Positions 28,826-37,465 of a stretch of 64,000 bases of DNA are shown piece after piece (position 1 is the first letter of the stretch; every line of letters begins with the position of its first letter). The translations under genes and the position numbers were made by a program. This DNA is from an uncultured Candidatus Saccharibacteria bacterium. Lineage in GTDB: Bacteria; Patescibacteriota; Minisyncoccia; UBA6257; 2-01-FULL-56-20. The stretch lies in the NCBI GenBank assembly GCA_964484655.1, contig CAZAFA010000002.1, forward strand, positions 123,860 to 187,859. Direction: 5' to 3'. Under the pieces are notes generated by a model, which was not told the origin of the DNA, ran no database searches, and saw only the letters and a program-made list of their open reading frames with translations.

Positions 28826-29659
28826 TTATTTCAGGACGCGATAGATGCGGTAAGGGCCTCCTCTAGGGTAGGGTCCGCCATTGAAATAGAAATCAGGAGC
28901 GCTGCGCCAGACGAACTTTTTCTGGCCTGAGGAATTCGAGATGACGCTCGTACACCCCTGATTAAGGCAGATGCCGGTGTGATTCGACCTGGATCCGGTC
29001 ACGGCCACGATGTCTCCGCATTTGGCGTCCGATTGGGAGATCTCCTGGCCACGACCACCCCGGAATATGCTCTCCATGCCTCTGACGGTATTCCCCACGG
29101 GGATGAGACCCGCATTTTTCATGATATTGCTGACAGACCAAGCGCATGCCTGCCTCCCCCCTCCCGGTCCGGAACTGGTATCCGTCCCGTAATATGCATT
29201 CGCTGCATTGCAGATGAGTCCGGGGATATTGTCGGCTCCGCCGATCTGCTGGACCTGCTGGTCCGTGAATCCTGCCCGCATGTCCTTGATGGAGTATCCG
29301 CCGAACGAGCTCTCCACCTTCGAGTCCCGTATCCGGGGAAGCTCGAGGTAGTTGAGCCCGGGGTTGATGATCCCGAGGAGCGTCGCCGCCCCCACCAGCA
29401 GCAGGAGGCCGATGAGCGCCTGCACGATCCGGTCCCAGGCGTCGGCGAGCTTCCCCGGGTTCCCCCGCGAGGCCGTGTACTCCACCGCCCCGTAGACGAT
29501 CGAGGCCACCGCGAGGATCGAGGCCGCCCCGAGCGCCAGCAGGTACCCGTTCTGGATGAACCCGAGGATCCCGTACTGGTTGATGTCCACCGGGCCGGGC
29601 ACGGCGGTGATGACGCGGAAGGCGTCGGCGGCGTGCGCGGGAGAGACGAGCGATATCAC
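28826..29659 (-). CDS. CHAP-domain peptidoglycan hydrolase with N-terminal membrane segment
   Basis: Catalytic Cys in QACAWSVSNIM and His in SNHTGICLNQGC; spacing and context match the CHAP (Cys,His amidohydrolase/peptidase) fold. Confidence 0.6.
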   Translation of the reverse strand: MISLVSPAHAADAFRVITAVPGPVDINQYGILGFIQNGYLLALGAASILAVASIVYGAVEYTASRGNPGKLADAWDRIVQALIGLLLLVGAATLLGIINPGLNYLELPRIRDSKVESSFGGYSIKDMRAGFTDQQVQQIGGADNIPGLICNAANAYYGTDTSSGPGGGRQACAWSVSNIMKNAGLIPVGNTVRGMESIFRGGRGQEISQSDAKCGDIVAVTGSRSNHTGICLNQGCTSVISNSSGQKKFVWRSAPDFYFNGGPYPRGGPYRIYRVLK

Positions 29660-29661
29660 GA

Positions 29662-30351
29662 TCAGAACGTCGCCGCGGGAAGCACGCGCACGGATCCGCG
29701 CACGGATTCTTCCTTGTTCTGGGGATGCGTGATTGAGAGGCTTAGGAGGACGGCCTCAGGCGGACCTTCTACGGTGAGGACGAGCTGCTGGGGATTCTCG
29801 TTAGCGGAGGGGGGCTGGTTGTCCACGGACCAGCGGTAGATGAGGTCCGTGGCCCTGATGACATTGAATGCGTACGGCACCGCGACGAAGGTGTTCTCGC
29901 CCTCGCTCAGCCGCGGGCTGCTGATGGGGCGTATGACCGCCTTCGGTTTGGTCAGAGGCACGGATATGGACTTGAGCGTGTCCGTGAAAGGCGCGCCGAT
30001 GATCTCAACGCGGGCATCGAGGCTGTCTTGATGGAAGCGCTGGATCGGAACAGTGATCGCCTGCAGGCCGAAGCCGGTCTCGTAGAGCTCGTCGTTCACG
30101 TACCAGCGCACCTCGTATCGGGAAAGGTCAGCCGGCTGCCCGTTCACCAGGGCTTCTGCCAGGATGATGACCGTTCCTCCGCCAGCGGCGGCCACCCTGC
30201 CCTGATAGCTGGCCGGCGCGAAGCCGTTGCTGCGCCAGGACATCATGATCTCGCTGCTCGCGGACTGCCGGGCGACCGGGGTCTGGGCAAGCGCGGTCCG
30301 GATGCCCGCCAAGGACGCGACAAGCGCCAATAACGCGAGCAGCCTGTGCAT
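29662..30351 (-). CDS. secreted hypothetical protein
   Basis: Signal peptide MHRLLALLALVASLAGIRTALAQ. Confidence 0.45.
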   Translation of the reverse strand: MHRLLALLALVASLAGIRTALAQTPVARQSASSEIMMSWRSNGFAPASYQGRVAAAGGGTVIILAEALVNGQPADLSRYEVRWYVNDELYETGFGLQAITVPIQRFHQDSLDARVEIIGAPFTDTLKSISVPLTKPKAVIRPISSPRLSEGENTFVAVPYAFNVIRATDLIYRWSVDNQPPSANENPQQLVLTVEGPPEAVLLSLSITHPQNKEESVRGSVRVLPAATF

Positions 30352-30368
30352 GGGCGGATTATACCCGA

Positions 30369-31160
30369 TTACGAGGAGTTAGGCGTATTATGGGCCCTGC
30401 GTTCCGCCTCGCGCGTCGCCTGTTCGCCGGAGACGTCGATGTTGGCCAGGAGCTCAGTGAAGCCAGGATTGATCTCCCGCTCGACGTCGGCATATATGTC
30501 TGGGCCTGAGTCCCCGTCGGGGCGGTTACGGAGCTTGCCAGGGATGCGCTGGCTCTGCGTCGCGATCCGCTGACGATGCCGTTCAGGGAGGCCGCGGAGC
30601 TTCCCCGGAAGCTTCCGGTTGATACGGTTCCATTCGTGGTCGAACTGCTTGAGGCGTTCCTCTGACGCCGCCCCGAAGATCTTGTTCTTCGAGAGGCGGC
30701 TTCCCGGCTTGCCTCCTCCTGCAAGGGTCCCCTTCTGGGTCATCCTTCCGCGAGCTCCAGTCGGGACCTTGCCCTTCGGAGCCGGCACCTTCTCGGCAAC
30801 CCGCCGGAGCGTCTCGTTCCTGTCGATGGCGATAACTATGAGGATACCGAGCGTATAGAGCGGGAGGAGATCGACGATAGGAATCAGCTCAGCAAGCCAT
30901 GTAAGTACGTTGGCTGCGATCTGCCGGAACTGCGAAGCTCCGACGTAATAGAGATATCCGATGATGGCGATCTCGCAGATCCAGGCGATCGCATCGGTGA
31001 TCGGGATGCCGAGTTCCGCGTAGTTTATCGCGTCCAGGACTATCGTGAATATGAGCAGCGCGACTGCCCCGATCGTGCCGATCTTATGCTGCTTCGCCGC
31101 CGCGTGCTCACGATCGGCTTCGGATGGTATGCCCAGGGCCTTTTCCTGGTATGGGTCCAT
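30369..31160 (-). CDS. hypothetical integral membrane protein with basic C-terminal tail
   Basis: About 3 TM helices, then an R/K-rich region; T4SS-locus context. Confidence 0.45.
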   Translation of the reverse strand: MDPYQEKALGIPSEADREHAAAKQHKIGTIGAVALLIFTIVLDAINYAELGIPITDAIAWICEIAIIGYLYYVGASQFRQIAANVLTWLAELIPIVDLLPLYTLGILIVIAIDRNETLRRVAEKVPAPKGKVPTGARGRMTQKGTLAGGGKPGSRLSKNKIFGAASEERLKQFDHEWNRINRKLPGKLRGLPERHRQRIATQSQRIPGKLRNRPDGDSGPDIYADVEREINPGFTELLANIDVSGEQATREAERRAHNTPNSS

Positions 31161-31163
31161 CTT

Positions 31164-32885
31164 CTATATGAGCCCGGATTCCTCCAGGAGCTGCTGCGGG
31201 TTGGTGGTGATGAGCTTGTCCTCGTAGAACGAGGGGATGATCTGGATCGCGATATGCCGCTGTCCGGCGAAGAAGAGGCCGGTGCCGACCTCGGCGGTCA
31301 GCAGCAGGTTCTTCTCCGAGTCGGTCAGGTTGAAGGCCTTGCCGACGATGTCGATCGTCGCCGGAGCCTGCTTGAGGAGCAGCTGCGAGGACGAGTTCGT
31401 GATGATCGGGCGTCCGAACGGCGAGCGCAGGAAGTCTTCGACGTCCTGCGTGATTGTCGAGACGCCGAGATAGTACTTGCGCGCGCGCTTCACGAGCCCG
31501 AAGAGGAAGTTCGCCGAGTCCTCGTTCTTCATCATGATCCATGCCTCGTCGATGATGAGGATGCGCTTCTGGAACTGGGCTCGGATGAGGTTCCAGATGA
31601 AGTTCAGGATGACGTACATGGCGATCGGGCGGAGCTGCTCTTCGAGGTCGCGGATGCAGAAGACGATGAGGCGGTTGCTCAGGTCGATGTTGGTCGCCTT
31701 GTTCATGAAGCCGGCGAAGCTGCCCTCCGTGTACTTGTAGAGCCGCTCGGCGAGGGCGCGGCCGCCGTCGATGCTCCGCAGGACCGTCTCGAGGTCCTTA
31801 AGGACCGGCGGCTGGGCGTTGGCGAAGTCCTCGCCTGCGACGATCTCGCGGCTGGCGTAGGTCTCGGTGATGGCGCGGTCGATGAGCGCGTCCTCCTCGT
31901 TGGTGATGTTGCCGAGCATGAGGCGGACCAGGCCCGCGACGGAGACGATATGGCTGCGCAGCACGTCGGACGCCGCCTCGTCCTTCGGGATGATCGGGAT
32001 GTCGAACGGGTTGATCGTGTGCTCGCTCGTGAGCGAGATATTGAAGAAGCTGCCGCCGAACGCCTCCGTCAGGCGCTGGTACTCGTTCTCCGGATCGATG
32101 ACGATGACGTGCGTGCCCATCATCAGGGAGCGGATGATCTCGAGCTTGGTCGCGTAGCTCTTGCCGGAGCCGGACTTCGCGAAGACGACCTGGTTCGCGT
32201 TCTCGAGGCTGAAGCGGTCGAAGATGACGAGGCTGTTGTTGTGGCGGTTCACGCCGTACAGGATCCCCTCCTCGCTCATGAGGTCTTCCGAGACGAAGGG
32301 GTAGAAGCTGGAGAGCGGGCCCGAGTTCATCGGCGAGGTAACGTTGATCTTGTCCTGCGCGAGCGGGACCGTGCTCAGGAGTCCCTGCAGCTGCTGGAAG
32401 AGCGCCGGCTTCACGTAGACGAGCTTGGCCTCGAGGATCGAGACGACCTTGTTCTCGAGCTTGGCGAGCAGCTGCTCGGACTCGGCGTAGATCGTGATGT
32501 AGACGCCGACCGTGAAGAGGCGCTCCTCTGCCTGCTGGAGCGTGTCGCGGAGCGATTCCACGTTGTCGAGCGCGGTCTCGAGCATCGGGTCGCGGACCAG
32601 GCCCTTGTCCTGGTTGGTCGCGAGCTGGGCCTCGACCTGCGCCGCCTTCTTCCGGAGGTTCTTGAGCGCGAGGCCCGTATCGAACGGATTGACGAATATG
32701 GCGATGTCGAGCAGCTCGGCGAGGTTCACGATCGGCTCGAACCATCCCGTGACGAGGTAGTTCGGGTAGCCGAAGAAGAACAGGGTCTTGGCGTACTTCG
32801 TCCCGACCTTGAGGAACGAGGAATGCACCTCGACGCCTGCGGGCGAGATGATCGGCTTGGCAGCGTTGAAGGCGGAATCAGGCAT
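31164..32885 (-). CDS. type IV secretion system ATPase, VirB4/TrbE/CagE family
   Basis: Walker A FAKSGSGKSYATK, Walker B-like ILIIDEAW, VirB4 C-terminal ATPase domain pattern; 573 aa. Confidence 0.85.
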   Translation of the reverse strand: MPDSAFNAAKPIISPAGVEVHSSFLKVGTKYAKTLFFFGYPNYLVTGWFEPIVNLAELLDIAIFVNPFDTGLALKNLRKKAAQVEAQLATNQDKGLVRDPMLETALDNVESLRDTLQQAEERLFTVGVYITIYAESEQLLAKLENKVVSILEAKLVYVKPALFQQLQGLLSTVPLAQDKINVTSPMNSGPLSSFYPFVSEDLMSEEGILYGVNRHNNSLVIFDRFSLENANQVVFAKSGSGKSYATKLEIIRSLMMGTHVIVIDPENEYQRLTEAFGGSFFNISLTSEHTINPFDIPIIPKDEAASDVLRSHIVSVAGLVRLMLGNITNEEDALIDRAITETYASREIVAGEDFANAQPPVLKDLETVLRSIDGGRALAERLYKYTEGSFAGFMNKATNIDLSNRLIVFCIRDLEEQLRPIAMYVILNFIWNLIRAQFQKRILIIDEAWIMMKNEDSANFLFGLVKRARKYYLGVSTITQDVEDFLRSPFGRPIITNSSSQLLLKQAPATIDIVGKAFNLTDSEKNLLLTAEVGTGLFFAGQRHIAIQIIPSFYEDKLITTNPQQLLEESGLI

Positions 32886-33549
32886 CGGTCTTTTCGGGGG
32901 CGGCTACGGGGAGGTTGTCCCGCTCGACCGAGTCGGGATTGTAGAAGTTGTAGTAGAGCTCGATGAGCTCCTGGTCGCTCAGGACCGTCGTCTCGAGGCC
33001 GATCTGGTGGATTCCCTCCACCACTGCGTCAACGCGCTGCTGGAGCTGGCTCGCGTTCTCCTTGAACTGCTGCTCGGCGTTCGCCTTCCCCTGCTCGGGG
33101 TCCTTCTTGCGTCCGAAGAACGGCAGCGAGCTCGTGAGGGAGGTCGCCGAAGGCAGCGTCGTCGGATAGAACGGGACCACGACCAGGAAGATCTTGCGCA
33201 TGATGGCGAACTGCGCGACGAAGTCCCTGACGAACTTCTGGTACTCCGTGATCTGGTTGCGGAGGAGGCCGCTCGGCTCGTTGTTGCGACGGGATTCGAG
33301 CATGGCAAGGTAGCGCTCGATGTTGACCTTCCGGGAGTGCACGACGATCTGGAGCTGATAGTCGAGGCTGTTGAGGAATCCCTGGAAGGACTGGATCATG
33401 ACCCCCTGCTCCTCCTCGCTCTTGAGCGCGAAGTTCGTGCCGCCGACCATGACCACGCGGAGCAGGCCGCCGGCCTTGAGGATGACGATGCCGTCGCGGA
33501 TGTCCGCGATGTCGACCAGGTCCTGGGAATTCGCCGCGTTAGCCGCCAT
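32878..33549 (-). CDS. hypothetical protein (T4SS-locus)
   Basis: Coupled (8-nt overlap) to the VirB4 start; no recognisable motif. Confidence 0.4.
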   Translation of the reverse strand: MAANAANSQDLVDIADIRDGIVILKAGGLLRVVMVGGTNFALKSEEEQGVMIQSFQGFLNSLDYQLQIVVHSRKVNIERYLAMLESRRNNEPSGLLRNQITEYQKFVRDFVAQFAIMRKIFLVVVPFYPTTLPSATSLTSSLPFFGRKKDPEQGKANAEQQFKENASQLQQRVDAVVEGIHQIGLETTVLSDQELIELYYNFYNPDSVERDNLPVAAPEKTDA

Positions 33550-33583
33550 ATGCGCTCATTATTCGCGATAGAGTGCGGCCGCG

Positions 33584-34090
33584 CTAGGCGCTGAAGTCCA
33601 CGCGCTTGGCGGCGCGGAGCTCGCCGGTGACCTGGCGGAACACCTCGAAGCGGCTGGAAGGCGCTTCCGTGGCGAGCTGCTTCGCCTCGACCTTGCTGCC
33701 GGTCTCCACGTACTGCCAGGCCTTCTTCAGGCTCGTGCCCGAGATGATGCTCTCCAGGTTGAGCCCGCTTCCCGTCGTGCTCATGGTCTCAGGCGTCTTC
33801 GGCAGGTTCGGGCGCTCTGGCTGCCAGAGATAGAGCTGCGGGTTCCAGTAGAAGAAGAAGCCCAGGACGGCGATCTTCGAGAGCGGCTGTCCGTTGACCT
33901 TGAGGAAGGCCATGCTGCCTCCCGCTGCGCCAACGAGGATCGCGAATACGATGAAGAAGAAGCTCTGGAATACGAAATACAGGGCGAAGATGACGCCTGC
34001 CGTGATACAGAGATAGATGAACTGCCGGATCGTGAACGGTCCGGCGATCTTGTCCTCCGTGTCGATGAACTGGGGTACCTGGTACTGCAT
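33584..34090 (-). CDS. small two-TM membrane protein, possible VirB3/PrgI-like
   Basis: Two adjacent hydrophobic helices (FIYLCITAGVIFALYFVF / FFFIVFAILVGAAGGSMAF). Sits just upstream of the VirB4 module, as VirB3-like genes do. Confidence 0.45.
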   Translation of the reverse strand: MQYQVPQFIDTEDKIAGPFTIRQFIYLCITAGVIFALYFVFQSFFFIVFAILVGAAGGSMAFLKVNGQPLSKIAVLGFFFYWNPQLYLWQPERPNLPKTPETMSTTGSGLNLESIISGTSLKKAWQYVETGSKVEAKQLATEAPSSRFEVFRQVTGELRAAKRVDFSA

Positions 34091-34111
34091 GCGCCTTCTG
34101 GCGCAAGTCTA

Positions 34112-35104
34112 TCACGCCGCAGGCGGCGGCGAAGCGGGAGGAACGTCCTGGATCGGAGCGGGCGCCGGCATCGGCGGAGCGCTCGCAGGCTCGCTGTAGT
34201 TCACGGTCGGGAGCGGCTTGCGGCCGAAGCGGCGCGCGTGCCACGGAGCGATACGGTGCAGGAACGTGCCGAAGATTCCGCTCGCAGGGGGATCGTCGTT
34301 CGGGGGCGTCGCCTGCTGCGTGGTGACGACCTCGATGCTGGGTTGGACGGCGGGCGTGTCGAAGACGGGTGCCGGGGCAGCGGAAAGCGGGACGGGCGCC
34401 GGAATCTCCGCGGGGAGCGGCTGCGGCGGCACGTAGTCGACCGCGCTGATCTCCGGAAGCGGCGTGGCGCGCTCGACGAACACCGAGCGGAACTCCGCGT
34501 CCTTGCGCGGCGCGGCAGGGATGCCGAGGTCGATATGTGCTGCCCGCTGCGGGCCAGGGGTCGCCACAGTGCTGCGGGAGATGTCGCCGGTGTCCTTGAT
34601 GTCGAAGCGGGCGGTCGGCAGAGCGGTTTCCGAGGCTATCGTATCGCGATAGAGCGGGACGGGTGCCGGGATCCCGGAGGGCATCGGGAAGCCCTGCGGG
34701 GGCTTGATGTCCCCGACCGGAAGGGATGCGGGAACGACAGGCGATACCGGGACCGGCAGCGGGAGCTCGGTGGCGCCGCTCGGCTCGGTCGAGAGTTCGC
34801 CGACGCCGATGCCGAAGGCGACGAAGTCGCGCGCGAGCGGCATGAAGATGCGCGCCTTCACGTCCTCGTACAGCGCCGAGGCCTTCTCGCTGGGGAGGCC
34901 CAGCTCGTCCTCGATCACGTCGCGAAGGTCCGAGAAGTCGAGGTCCTTGATCTCGACGTCGAAGAGAATGACGGGGAGGTCCGTCTCGGATTCCGGAAGC
35001 CCGTACTTCTGCTCCAGGTCGGCGATGATCTGGTCCATCTCGTCGCTCCAGAACCAGTCGCGGATGCGACGGGGTACGGATTGGAATTTCTCCTCGATAG
35101 TCAT
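34112..35104 (-). CDS. proline-rich hypothetical protein
   Basis: Acidic N-terminal domain, then P/A/V-rich repeats (PLPVPVSPVVPASLPV, PAPVPL...). Confidence 0.45.
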   Translation of the reverse strand: MTIEEKFQSVPRRIRDWFWSDEMDQIIADLEQKYGLPESETDLPVILFDVEIKDLDFSDLRDVIEDELGLPSEKASALYEDVKARIFMPLARDFVAFGIGVGELSTEPSGATELPLPVPVSPVVPASLPVGDIKPPQGFPMPSGIPAPVPLYRDTIASETALPTARFDIKDTGDISRSTVATPGPQRAAHIDLGIPAAPRKDAEFRSVFVERATPLPEISAVDYVPPQPLPAEIPAPVPLSAAPAPVFDTPAVQPSIEVVTTQQATPPNDDPPASGIFGTFLHRIAPWHARRFGRKPLPTVNYSEPASAPPMPAPAPIQDVPPASPPPAA

Positions 35105-35113
35105 AGGAATCTT

Positions 35114-37465
35114 TTATTTTCCCTTCTCTTTACCCTTCGCTTTTTCCGCCCGGCTCTCACGGCGTGCTTTGCTAAGCTGTTCCATCTTGGCTGTATCAAT
35201 ACGACCAGTGAAATTCACATTATTTTTAAGTGTCTTATACATTGACGTGATGCGAGTCTTAGCATCCTTTATTGAGATACGGTTTGTTTTCTGCTCTGAA
35301 GTGAGATTGACATTGGAATCTTCGTTGTAGAAGAAATCACCAAAAAGGCCAATTTCTTTCTTCTTTTCTTCGGAAAGGGCTTCGAACTTCTGTATTTTCT
35401 GTCGAGCTCTTTCGATTACTTCCGTAATTCGCTCAATTTGTTCGATATTCATATCACCAATTTGCTTGAGCTGAGAATTATTGAGAGCTGTTGTACGTAG
35501 AACGACGCCCTGTCGGGTTTCCAATCCTTCATCCTTTTGATAGTCGAATAGCGAATCATCGAGTGCAAGAGTTGATATATCGTCCCCTTTCACCGAAGGA
35601 ATTTGTGCTGCGACTGCTTCCTGAGTCGTCATTGTACGACTCTTGTCTTTCGTCTTGCCGCGCGGGGCGAGGGCTGCAAGTTGCGGAGCCGAGGGAAGGA
35701 TTTCCTTCAGTACCCCGGAATCCTGGGCCCGCTTAAGTTGACGCTCGAGATCTTTCTTATAAGCTTCTTCGACTTTCTTATATTGCTCACTAGATTGCAG
35801 TCTTTTCTTCTCTTCCTTCACCGCCTTCTTGAGATCCTTACCTTTTAGGCCATCAGCCTTCGCTTTCTTCTCGTAGTCAGCTAGTGCTTTCTCGACTTCC
35901 GGGCTCGCAGATGTCGCGAGGCCGCCGAGCGCCTTCTTCTCCTTGAGGAGCTTGAAGATGGCCGCCTCGCGGTCGGGGTTCGCGGCGAGCTGGCCGGAAG
36001 CCAGCCGGCGCCGCTCCGCGAGCAACGCGCTGGTAGTGAGGTTCTTGAGGCTGTCCTGCTCGTCCTGCACGCGCTGCTCGACCGACTTCTTGTTCGCGAC
36101 GCCGGCGTCCGCCATGTAGCGTCCTACCGTACCCGCGCCTGCCATGCGCGCGATCCTGCTGTTAGAGGAGAGCGTGGAGAGCCTGCTGCCCATGCGCTGC
36201 AAGCGCGAGTTCCCATCCTTGTCCTTGCCCGACGTGCGCACGCGATCGAGCGTCCGCATGCCTGCCGCCGACGCTCTTCGCTTGACAGAGTTACCTACGG
36301 AAGCGAACGCAGCCTTGCCGGAGTCCATGAACTTGATGCCGAGCTTCGAGGAGAAGTACAGGCCGCCGTAGAGCGTCCCGGAGATGAGGATGAAATTGAG
36401 GCTGCTCGTGATGATCGGCTTCGCCGCCGCGCCGAAGGTCTTGAAGAGGAACCCGCTGATGCCGCCGCCAGCGGTATCGGCGCTGCCGAGACCCGTCAGC
36501 TGGGCGTCGTCGAGGACGTGGGCGCCATTGATGAAGGCCGCGGTCTTCATGCTCAGGTAGAGGAAGAACATCGCCATGGGGGCGAAGAAGGTCCACTTCA
36601 CGAACTTGTCCGACCAGTAGCTCACGAGGCCCCTGCCGAAGGGGAATATCCAGGCGAGCCATACCGCGGGCATGATGATGAGCAGGAGCGAGAGCGTCAC
36701 GTAGCGCGCGGCGAATGCGGCGAGCATGATGCCGAAGAAGATCACGAGCAGGATGCTCATGATGACGGTCATGTAGATGCCGGCGATCGCCGCGAACATG
36801 CCTGCGGTGTCGGCAGCGAACTTGCTCGTCGCGTCCGAGAAGATAGTCTCCTCCTTCACCTCGGTGCTGAATCCGGCGTTCAGGAAGGCCTTCTGGGGAT
36901 TGAAGGCTCCCGCGAGGTTGTCCGCGAATTCGAGGATGCCCACCCCGATATCCGCCGTGGGATTGGGGACGGAATTGTTGATGAAGAATTCCGTAAGCCT
37001 GTCCGAGAAGTTGATGGCGGTGCCTGCCAGGATGAGGCTGAAGTTCACGCCAATGGCGGCGATCACGATCTTCCAGAGCAGCTGCTTCGCGCCGTAGGTG
37101 TCGTACCGGATGATCGTCGCGACCGCCATGATGATCACCGCGGCGACGAAGGCAATGTTCGCGAAGGCGAGGACAATCGAGAATCCGAACTGGACCGAGG
37201 TTGAATTGACGAGGTCGAAGTTGAGCTTGAGGAGGAACTGGAAGAAGAAGACCTCGATGATCGTGATGATGTTCAGGAGGATGCCTATGAGGTAGGCGAT
37301 GTAGTAGGCAACCTTCTGGACGAGCGAGAAGGCGACATCGGATATGCCCGTGAGTTCGCCGACCCAGCCCAGGATGCCCGCGTGCGCTTCTTGAGGAACC
37401 AGAAAGGCAGCGCCTGCGAGGACCGCAGCCAGGACGAGAGAGACGGGTTTGATGCGCTTATTCAT
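35114..37465 (-). CDS. VirB6/TrbL-like polytopic membrane protein with long K/E-rich coiled-coil C-terminal domain
   Basis: About 8-9 TM helices in the N-terminal 420 aa. The C-terminal 360 aa are Lys/Glu-rich heptad-like; this AT-rich DNA is at 35150-35900. Confidence 0.65.
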   Translation of the reverse strand: MNKRIKPVSLVLAAVLAGAAFLVPQEAHAGILGWVGELTGISDVAFSLVQKVAYYIAYLIGILLNIITIIEVFFFQFLLKLNFDLVNSTSVQFGFSIVLAFANIAFVAAVIIMAVATIIRYDTYGAKQLLWKIVIAAIGVNFSLILAGTAINFSDRLTEFFINNSVPNPTADIGVGILEFADNLAGAFNPQKAFLNAGFSTEVKEETIFSDATSKFAADTAGMFAAIAGIYMTVIMSILLVIFFGIMLAAFAARYVTLSLLLIIMPAVWLAWIFPFGRGLVSYWSDKFVKWTFFAPMAMFFLYLSMKTAAFINGAHVLDDAQLTGLGSADTAGGGISGFLFKTFGAAAKPIITSSLNFILISGTLYGGLYFSSKLGIKFMDSGKAAFASVGNSVKRRASAAGMRTLDRVRTSGKDKDGNSRLQRMGSRLSTLSSNSRIARMAGAGTVGRYMADAGVANKKSVEQRVQDEQDSLKNLTTSALLAERRRLASGQLAANPDREAAIFKLLKEKKALGGLATSASPEVEKALADYEKKAKADGLKGKDLKKAVKEEKKRLQSSEQYKKVEEAYKKDLERQLKRAQDSGVLKEILPSAPQLAALAPRGKTKDKSRTMTTQEAVAAQIPSVKGDDISTLALDDSLFDYQKDEGLETRQGVVLRTTALNNSQLKQIGDMNIEQIERITEVIERARQKIQKFEALSEEKKKEIGLFGDFFYNEDSNVNLTSEQKTNRISIKDAKTRITSMYKTLKNNVNFTGRIDTAKMEQLSKARRESRAEKAKGKEKGK

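Noticed and set aside
31798-32745. 315-aa off-frame ORF within virB4
   Set aside because: Overlaps the VirB4 ATPase coding frame. Arg/Pro-rich.
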